A DNA stretch of 64,000 nt from Candidatus Lokiarchaeum ossiferum. Lineage in GTDB: Archaea > Asgardarchaeota > Lokiarchaeia > Sigyniarchaeales > Promethearchaeaceae. A model generated the notes under the pieces. That model was not told the DNA's origin. It did not search any database and saw nothing but the letters and a program-made list of their open reading frames with translations. Where the stretch lies: NCBI GenBank assembly GCA_025839675.1, contig CP104013.1, positions 3,169,121-3,233,120 on the forward strand, written 5' to 3'. Below, in pieces: positions 1-7,442 of the stretch (positions are counted from its first letter, which is position 1; each line of letters starts with the position of its first letter). Made by a program: the position numbers and the translations under genes.

Positions 1-491
1 TTGCCGGTTGTCCAACTATTATCAGTTGAGATTTATTTTTAATACCTATACGTTCGACTTTTATTGTCCCAAAATCAATCCCAACTCGAATTTTTATCTC
101 TGGAAACTTCTTTTTATCTATAAAATAAACGAGTAATTGAGAGATATATATAGCCGTTTTTAATGCTTGATCACATGCCCACTTACCATTTTGATCAGAT
201 GAGCAAAAACTAATCATTGCCCCATCTCCTGTATATTTGTCAACAACTCCACCATTCTGACTTACTTCATTAAATACCATATGTAAAACTGGACTAATAT
301 ATTTAATAAATTCAATCTCTGAGTATTTTGATGAGTTTGCAATATCAAATACCATAATAGAGGCATTTAAGGTTCGAACCTCTCCAATCGCTATTTCATC
401 ATCATTAGGAAACTTATTGATATTCTTCTTTCCTGGATTTTTTTTCTTATTTATAAAACTATTGAGCAACTGTACATCAACCAAATCAGAA
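1..491 (-). CDS. Class III adenylyl/guanylyl cyclase catalytic-domain protein (partial; N-terminal portion, 3' end lies beyond window start)
   Basis: The minus-strand frame is open to the window edge with a TTG start near 491. The translation VDVQLLNS...IMVFDIANSSKY...VDKYTGDGAMISF...IKIRVGIDFGTI...IIVGQPA matches class III cyclase motifs, and both metal-binding Asp and the substrate Lys are present. It is absent from the ORF track because it is not closed by a stop within the window. Confidence 0.5.
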
Positions 492-634
492 TCTCCTCAG
501 TATAGTTATTCGCTTGCATTTGGAAGTTGAGAATAGAATCACCATGAATTATTGATTAGACAAAGTTGTTGTTAAATGTTATGTTTGGATAAAAAATAAT
601 TCTGAATGATTGGATATGGCAAAAGAAAGAGAAA

Positions 635-710
635 TGGCGCAGGTGACAGGGATCGAACCTGCGACCTGCCGGTTAACAGCCGACCGCTCTACCGACTAAG
701 CTACACCTGC
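635..710 (-). tRNA. tRNA-Asn (anticodon GTT), CCA encoded
   Basis: The reverse complement folds as a cloverleaf. The acceptor pairs GCAGGTG/CACCTGC, the anticodon stem is GTCGG/CCGGC with loop CTGTTAA, the T-loop is TTCGATC, and it ends in GCCA. Confidence 0.85.
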
Positions 711-909
711 ACGCCAACTTGTCATTTTCAAAACCAAAAATAACAAGATGTAAAAATCCACATTCATTAAAAATTTTTCCTCCGCTCCCTCCCACACTTG
801 CGTCACTCCCCGCAACCCCCCAGTATCCCATTTAAACTTTAGGCTCGCGAGTCGTAAAATTTTAAAACTATCGCGGATTTGATATTTTGTATTTATACAT
901 TACAAACGT

Positions 910-1017
910 GCCTTCGTAGTGTAGTCCGGTCAAGCATCTCGGGCCTTCAAATCGTTTGAGATAATAGCGATTAGGTAAACCCCGATGACCCGTGTTCGAA
1001 TCGCGGCGAAGGCACCA
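910..1017 (+). tRNA. Intron-containing tRNA, probably tRNA-Glu (anticodon TTC); ~30-nt intron at 950..979 after position 37; CCA encoded
   Basis: The acceptor pairs GCCTTCG/CGAAGGC. The D-arm is GTGT...GCAT, the anticodon stem is TCGGG/CCCGA, the T-arm is CCGTG-TTCGAAT-CGCGG, and it ends in ACCA. The spliced anticodon loop reads CCTTCAC. The intron contains the AATCG...CGATT hairpin expected of a bulge-helix-bulge substrate. Confidence 0.6.
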
Positions 1018-1214
1018 CTCCTTTTCATCCCATCTTATCAATATTTCACACTCAAGCGAATTTGAATATTTTTTCTTTAGTTGACTATTTCCTACCGGAT
1101 TTAATAAAATTAGATTGAAGGATATGTTATAAGCTGGATGAATTGATTTATGAACAAGGAAGAAAAAGTTATAGCATAGAATGAATAATTGGTGAACTCG
1201 GAATAATAAGACAG

Positions 1215-1895
1215 TTAATTGACTAAATAAGTGATTTCCCGTAATTTAGGATGGATATATTGGAGTTTTTCATCTTGGACCAATGAGATTTTTTTTAAAG
1301 AAGGAATATTGAGGAGAGAATCAGGGATATGAGTAATAGCAGTGTATTCGAGCTCTATTTCTTCCAAAGTGTGCAATTGATCAATATTATCAGGGAGTTG
1401 GGAGAACTTGGGGGATAATTTGATACCGAGATATGTGAGGGAGGGTAAGTACATGAGATCTTGGGGAAGATGAGTAATATTACTTGAACTAATACAAAAT
1501 TTCTGTAAATTTCTTGAGTTTAATCCTAATCCAATTGGTAACTGAGATAAACGCTTACCTCCAATACAAAGAATTCGTAAATTTGGTAAATTTGATAAAT
1601 CTAAGGGAATTTTATTAAGAAAATCATATTCAATTTCAAGAATTTCTAATTTTGGGAACAGATTAGTTATTTTTTGAATTTCATCTTCAATTCCAGGAAT
1701 GGGAGAAGAATGATTTCCAAATAAAAATATTTTAGTAATATTATCAAAACTATCTATAGAGAATTCAAAATCATATTCTTGTTTATTAGCTTCCCACATA
1801 TCAAATAAATTTTTGAGAAAAATCTGAATTTCGGATGGAAATCCGGAAAAGGGATAGATTTCTTTTGATTCACGGTCATTTTTTTGCAATGTCAT
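1215..1895 (-). CDS. Leucine-rich repeat (LRR) protein
   Basis: The protein shows repeating LxxLxxLPxxLxxLxxLxxL units, for example LSNLPNLRILCIGGKRLSQLPIGLG and ITHLPQDLMYLPSLTYLGIKL. Its codon usage is AT-rich like the host. Confidence 0.6.
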   Translation of the reverse strand: MTLQKNDRESKEIYPFSGFPSEIQIFLKNLFDMWEANKQEYDFEFSIDSFDNITKIFLFGNHSSPIPGIEDEIQKITNLFPKLEILEIEYDFLNKIPLDLSNLPNLRILCIGGKRLSQLPIGLGLNSRNLQKFCISSSNITHLPQDLMYLPSLTYLGIKLSPKFSQLPDNIDQLHTLEEIELEYTAITHIPDSLLNIPSLKKISLVQDEKLQYIHPKLREITYLVN

Positions 1896-1970
1896 ATTTT
1901 CACCATCAATATTATACTTATTACTAAGATAAAGGGGATTCAGTCATCTATCTTATATTGTTCTATATTT

Positions 1971-4900
1971 TTAAACATCGTGCTTTTTGTTATATTCTTC
2001 TAACCAATTTTTGAAATGCAAATGAATCCATGCAAGGTTTAGTTTTTTATTAATGAATTTTTTATTCATTCTAAGAAAATTAATCCACCAGGTCAACATT
2101 TTAGAATTAATAGCTTTTGGATTAATTTTACCATCTGAAGTTATTATTTCTTCAACATATGAATTGTTGACAATTAATCCCAATCTTACTTGAATTTCTT
2201 TTGCTCCTTTTTTGCTGTTAAACTTCCATTTTTCATAATAAGATGTATCGGATAAATGTCTCAAAGTATCAATTAATGACATCTGTGAAAGACTTAGAGC
2301 AACCAATAATTTTTTAAACTGATATCGACTGAGTAAAGGGGCTTTAATTCCAATATATCGCACATTCTGAACAAATTTCTCATCCTTGGTCTGATTGAAA
2401 TAAAAACGGCGAGTCGTAGAATCATCATAGGGAATATAAAGCGGGGCAAACCCACAAGCGAGATAGGCCAGCAATTGCAGTTCCTTTTTCAACGCATAAA
2501 GTTTGCCCTTGAATTTAGCCTTAAATCCAAGACATTCTAAAAGAAGCCCCCACAACTGCTTTTTGATTTTAAAGGTGGCCCCAATATCCAAGATCGCTTT
2601 GCGCGTGGTTTTTCCCTTGCCATCACCTTGATCCATCTGATACTTCACATTAATGGAATCATGGCGGAGGATTTTATTGAAGGTTTCCCGGGCTTGAATG
2701 GACCGAAGCGAAGGTTCAATGATCTTGAGATCATCAAGAATATCGCGTTCAAAGAAGGAGTCAGCGATGACTTTGGTCAATTTTCCTTCAATGGTAAAGT
2801 ATCGAGTAAGGAGAGTGCGGCGATCCAGCTGAGCACTAAGTAGTTCCAATAACTGCGAATAAGTGAGAAAATTACCAGAAAAGGGTTCAATCCCACCTTG
2901 ATAAAACTGCCGGGTAGCATACCGATGCCAAGTATTGAAGATGGTCCAGTTGCCGCGAAAGAACAGGTGACAAAAAAACTGCAAAAAGACATCCAATGCC
3001 AAGGTTTGTTGCGGAACAGGGCATGAAAAATAACGCGGAGAACGGGTTGGTTTGACAAAGAGAGATTGAGTATCCTTCACAGAAAAGAGAGGAGTCGACA
3101 AGGAGAGATAGATTTTGAAAAAATCATTAATAATTCCAGTGACAACTGTGGTGGGGCGGTTGGATGTTAAAGATGCAGTTGATGCAGGAAGGAGAGGAAA
3201 GAGGGCAGTAGCGGAATTTTTTTTAGTGGTAGTATTTTTGATCAAACTTCCAAAGGCTTCTGGGGTGCCTAGGCGGAATATTTTACGTAAGAGTTCGAAA
3301 AACAACAGGAAGGGTTTCCAAAAGGGCAGATGCAAAGGATGACGTAGGTTAGCATATACAGCGGTGGTAATATCGGAGCTCCCATCACCAAGAGTGGTTT
3401 GAATGAGGGATTTTTCAGGAGGGGAAAGAACTCGCCATTGGGGACTAAGGGCAACCAGAGTTTCTAAATTAGCAGAAAGCCAATCTTGACGAGTATCTGA
3501 ACGACCAGGCAGCAAATCGTGAAGGGCAGACGATGTGAAAATTTGTTCAAGGATTTGGGTTCGGGTGACAAAACCATAGTGTTCGAGCAGGAGTCCAGCA
3601 TGCAGAATGTGATTCACAGCAATCCATAAATCGTGAAGGGGCGGTTTAGTTCGCAATTTAGTGACATAGTTCTGAATGGATTTCACAAGATTCCAACGGG
3701 CAAGGGTTTTTAGAGATTTGGTACACCATGCGGTACAGGCAACGTAGGCAATATTCCGAACCATGGTATAGACATCTTGGAACCACCCCATCTGTTGAAT
3801 TTTATTATGGCGCGACTCCAAGAAGGATTTAAAGGTGAAGCGCGCATCCAGGAGTTCTTTAAGGTATTCAAGATGAGGGAGAGCATTACTTTTAAAAATG
3901 GGAGGGTGAGATCCTTGAGATCCGATAGTGACAGATTGGAATGCAACAGTCCCTGCAATGGAAAGAGGAACGGCAAAATCGGGAAGAGGTCCATAAGGAG
4001 TGGAACTTGAGAGCCTTATTTTCCCAGTTTTCCATTCGTGTAATAAACGGCAAGCTTCATCATAAGGGAGATGGAGGGATTCCATAAAATAAGTTAAAAT
4101 GAGAGCTTCATTGGCAGGATAGGATGTTTCATAGAGAATAACAGGTTGACGACTTGATTTCGCTTGTTGAGAAAGATATATATATGGGTGGGAATGACAA
4201 TAGTGCTGGAAGGCTTTTTGCTTCATGGCTTCAAAATATGCCGAGGGGGAGGTATGAGATTGGGAGCGAAGAGTCTTTTCCATTAAGGAATGAAGAAAAG
4301 TGGAAAGATCAAAGGTTTGAACATCTTCCAAGGTGGACACTCTGGCAAAGGGAGATATCAAAGGTCCTTCGAGGGATTCGAGGAGAGTTAGGAGTTCAGG
4401 ATCAGCGGAGGAAGAATCCAGGCAAGGTTCAGCAGGCAGAGAATCATCGGAGGGTTGGGATGGAGAAGACGCGGAGGTTTTTGAAGGGGAAGGATCGGAA
4501 GGGGGAGAAGAGGTGCCAGCGGCAGTGAAATATAAAGATCGAGAAAGAGAAGGAGAACGGGATAACGCAAATGACATCTGGGGTTGGAAGGTCATATAAG
4601 GCATAAAGGGGAGATAGGGAGAATAGAAGGCGATTGCTGTGCTTTCCGATGATTCCTGTAATTCTTCCCATTCATCTTCTGGGATGGGAGGTTGATAAGT
4701 AATGAAACGCATTTTTTGACGTTGTCGTCGTTTATGGGATTGAAAAATGTGTTTTTGACGGATTTTGTGTAAAAAATGTCGGTAATCGCGCAAAAGGTCC
4801 ATGAATACTCGAAAGGTGACATGAGTAAGGGTTAATTGGAGGGTGTTAAGAAAAGAAAGTAACTCCTGCGCGGACAAATCTAAGAAGGAGTTGTGAGATG

Positions 4901-7427
4901 GGAATAGGGTATGTAAAAGAGCATATAATGTGTCAAGGAGTTGTTTGCGGGGGAGATTCAATGAATTGAAAGTCCGAAGATACATTTGAAGACCATGTTG
5001 GTCAGAAGGTAATGGGTCAGATGGGGGATGATCAGATGTAGAAACAGGAGGGTCGCAGGTTTCCGCGTTTGATTCGTGGTTCACAGTATTTTCTGTGTAT
5101 TCTTCTCCATTTCCTTCATTAGTTTTTTTTTCAGATACTTCTTCTGTCTCTTCCTCACACTCTGACGAAGTGAGGACAGGAGATGAGGGTGAAATGTTAG
5201 GTTTGGAAGTTTCAGAACACTTATCCCCAAAGAATTCAGTATAGGATTGAGTGGGTGCAGTTGTAGAAGCTTCACTGTCATACAAAGCGGAAAATTGATC
5301 GATATCTTCAGAATTTGGAGGATTCAGCAGATGATCCTCTTCCAAGGGAGAATCAATGTCTTCAAATGGTGGCTCTATATCCCGAAGGGATGTTTCATCA
5401 ATTTCAGGGGAAGTGATTTGCAAATCAGAATCAAGTTCGGAATAAATTTCTTCGGATTGAGTAACGGATGGTGATTCTAAAGAAAGGAAATCTTCATATC
5501 CATCACTCGGTCCGTATGTATTCTCAGAAACCCGCTGTTGTCTGCTATCATCTTCAGATTCAACGAATGCATCTGAATCAGAATCCATGTTCGATTCCAA
5601 TGTGGAAATATCATCTATTTCGAATTCCTCCGGTTCGATAATGACTTCATCATCATGAAGGTCTGAAATAGGGGAAGAGGTAGAATCCTCACAATCTTGC
5701 TTATCTCCTTCGTGAAGAGCACTAAGAAAATGGGTTTCGTCTACTGCATTTTCTTTGGGATCAACGAGTTCTGGGATGGAGGATATATCATCGGTCGATA
5801 AATTTTCGATTGTGAAGTCTTCTAGAACATCAGACTGATCCTTATCCGTTGTATTTGGGAAAAAAATTTCATCAGAATTAATTTCAATGGGAATTAATGA
5901 TTCTGAATCGATTTCGGGATTCAGAGGAGGTGGATCAACTAAAATGGGATGCTCATTCAGGGTGGAAGGATCTTCGAGAAATTCGTTGGGGGCAAAATTT
6001 TCGTCATTTTTGATCATAGGCTCATCCAATTGAGTTTCATCAAAGGGAAATTCGAAATACTGTTCCAATTCGGGATCAATGATCAAATCATAGGAGTCTA
6101 CTTCAAGAGGGAGAGACATAGGAGCAAGCGGATCTTCAAGAGCAGAAATTTCTGTGGGGAGATTAGGATCAAGTATCTCCTCTTGTAGGAGATCTTCAAG
6201 GGAGACATCACCATGATTTACATTAGGTTCAAGATCATAGAGAATATCGGAGATTTCAGGGAATTCTGGAAAAATATCTTCTTCAATTAAAATTTCAGGA
6301 AGGTCACTTGAAGAAGTCATATCCTCAAGGGTTGCTTCCACATCTTCCCATGACATTTGCATTTCTTCTTCCAAGGGATCGAAGGAGGCTTCAGATAATT
6401 CACCTTGTAACAAAAGTTCTCCTTCTGGATTATCCGGATCGTCTCCGAAAGAGATCGGAATCCAATCTCCCGATGTGGTGGTGGAATCGGATTCGGAGAG
6501 GTTTTCCAAATCTTCGAGAGAAAGGGAATCTAATTCCGGTGGAAGCTGAATCATAACCATACCTTCCTCAGAGTCGAGCAATAGATCTTCACCGGGGAAG
6601 AGTTCAGATGAAGGATCATCAGTATCTGCTTCGTGTGGGAAATCATCACCAGCCATCCCCAGGTCTTCAGCAGGGAGAAAATCATTCCATGAATCAGATT
6701 CTGCTGAAGTTTCAATGTCGGAAGTGAGTTCAGGATCGTTTGCGGGTAAATATTCTAAGTCAGATGAATCCTCAGGAACAAGAAGGTTTTCATTGTCAGT
6801 ATTGTCCACACTGTTCTCGACGGAGTCGTCATGGGAAGTCGAATCTTCGAATTCAGCTGGGATCTCCTCGGATTCGGGAATTGATTCTTCCGAAGAATTG
6901 AATTGAGAATCGGAATTATCTTCAATTTCATCAGAATCTGATGCAATTGTTTCGTCGGGAAGTAAATTTTCTTCATCCTCAGATTCATTATCTCCATTAG
7001 TCACATTTTCAGAATCGCTAATGAGAGAACCTGGTTCAGTAGTGTCTTGAAAATCGTTACCATCTGCAATCTCACTATCGTCCTCGGAAGAAACATCTTC
7101 TTGCGCTTCTGATGGATCTGAAGGTTCCGAAGGTTCTAAAAGTTCCAAAGGGCCTTCATTCTTTTCCCCTTCATCATCGGAGGTCTCCTGCGAATCTTCA
7201 GAAGAATCAGGAGTTTCGTTAATCTTCTCATCATTGTCTTCTTCGTTATTTTGATCATTTCCTTCTTCAGTGTTTTCATCCCTCTCTTCTTCTACCTTTT
7301 CATCCCTTTCTTCTTCTACCTTTTCATCCCTTTCTTCTTCTACCTTTTCATCACTCTCTTCTTCTTCCTTTTCTTCTTCCTTTTCATCGTTTTCTTCTTC
7401 GATTTCGTTTTCGATGTCTTGTGTCAT
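1971..7427 (-). CDS. Giant (1818 aa) protein of unknown function: ~900-aa polyacidic D/E/S-rich low-complexity N-terminal half plus ~870-aa globular C-terminal half
   Basis: This is one uninterrupted ORF. The N-terminus carries tandem DEKVEEER repeats and long acidic tracts. Codon usage is visibly GC-richer (CTC/CCC/GGG/CGG codons) than neighbouring host genes. The gene sits 16 bp downstream of the ATPase gene on the same strand. Confidence 0.55.
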   Translation of the reverse strand: MTQDIENEIEEENDEKEEEKEEEESDEKVEEERDEKVEEERDEKVEEERDENTEEGNDQNNEEDNDEKINETPDSSEDSQETSDDEGEKNEGPLELLEPSEPSDPSEAQEDVSSEDDSEIADGNDFQDTTEPGSLISDSENVTNGDNESEDEENLLPDETIASDSDEIEDNSDSQFNSSEESIPESEEIPAEFEDSTSHDDSVENSVDNTDNENLLVPEDSSDLEYLPANDPELTSDIETSAESDSWNDFLPAEDLGMAGDDFPHEADTDDPSSELFPGEDLLLDSEEGMVMIQLPPELDSLSLEDLENLSESDSTTTSGDWIPISFGDDPDNPEGELLLQGELSEASFDPLEEEMQMSWEDVEATLEDMTSSSDLPEILIEEDIFPEFPEISDILYDLEPNVNHGDVSLEDLLQEEILDPNLPTEISALEDPLAPMSLPLEVDSYDLIIDPELEQYFEFPFDETQLDEPMIKNDENFAPNEFLEDPSTLNEHPILVDPPPLNPEIDSESLIPIEINSDEIFFPNTTDKDQSDVLEDFTIENLSTDDISSIPELVDPKENAVDETHFLSALHEGDKQDCEDSTSSPISDLHDDEVIIEPEEFEIDDISTLESNMDSDSDAFVESEDDSRQQRVSENTYGPSDGYEDFLSLESPSVTQSEEIYSELDSDLQITSPEIDETSLRDIEPPFEDIDSPLEEDHLLNPPNSEDIDQFSALYDSEASTTAPTQSYTEFFGDKCSETSKPNISPSSPVLTSSECEEETEEVSEKKTNEGNGEEYTENTVNHESNAETCDPPVSTSDHPPSDPLPSDQHGLQMYLRTFNSLNLPRKQLLDTLYALLHTLFPSHNSFLDLSAQELLSFLNTLQLTLTHVTFRVFMDLLRDYRHFLHKIRQKHIFQSHKRRQRQKMRFITYQPPIPEDEWEELQESSESTAIAFYSPYLPFMPYMTFQPQMSFALSRSPSLSRSLYFTAAGTSSPPSDPSPSKTSASSPSQPSDDSLPAEPCLDSSSADPELLTLLESLEGPLISPFARVSTLEDVQTFDLSTFLHSLMEKTLRSQSHTSPSAYFEAMKQKAFQHYCHSHPYIYLSQQAKSSRQPVILYETSYPANEALILTYFMESLHLPYDEACRLLHEWKTGKIRLSSSTPYGPLPDFAVPLSIAGTVAFQSVTIGSQGSHPPIFKSNALPHLEYLKELLDARFTFKSFLESRHNKIQQMGWFQDVYTMVRNIAYVACTAWCTKSLKTLARWNLVKSIQNYVTKLRTKPPLHDLWIAVNHILHAGLLLEHYGFVTRTQILEQIFTSSALHDLLPGRSDTRQDWLSANLETLVALSPQWRVLSPPEKSLIQTTLGDGSSDITTAVYANLRHPLHLPFWKPFLLFFELLRKIFRLGTPEAFGSLIKNTTTKKNSATALFPLLPASTASLTSNRPTTVVTGIINDFFKIYLSLSTPLFSVKDTQSLFVKPTRSPRYFSCPVPQQTLALDVFLQFFCHLFFRGNWTIFNTWHRYATRQFYQGGIEPFSGNFLTYSQLLELLSAQLDRRTLLTRYFTIEGKLTKVIADSFFERDILDDLKIIEPSLRSIQARETFNKILRHDSINVKYQMDQGDGKGKTTRKAILDIGATFKIKKQLWGLLLECLGFKAKFKGKLYALKKELQLLAYLACGFAPLYIPYDDSTTRRFYFNQTKDEKFVQNVRYIGIKAPLLSRYQFKKLLVALSLSQMSLIDTLRHLSDTSYYEKWKFNSKKGAKEIQVRLGLIVNNSYVEEIITSDGKINPKAINSKMLTWWINFLRMNKKFINKKLNLAWIHLHFKNWLEEYNKKHDV
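7273..7400. repeat. 24-bp tandem repeat (ttttcatccctttcttcttctacc; 3 near-perfect plus ~2 degenerate units) encoding DEKVEEER repeats at the N-terminus of the giant protein
   Basis: The repeat is directly visible: units at 7273-7296, 7297-7320 and 7321-7344 are near-identical, followed by degenerate copies. Confidence 0.8.
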
Positions 7428-7442
7428 GAAAGATTTCCTTCC

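Noticed and set aside
4690-4720. A Walker-A-like GDGKGKTT motif in the C-terminal domain of the giant protein
   Set aside because: Spacing is GxxxGKT, one residue short of the canonical GxxxxGK[ST], and there is no accompanying Walker B. I did not call it an ATPase.
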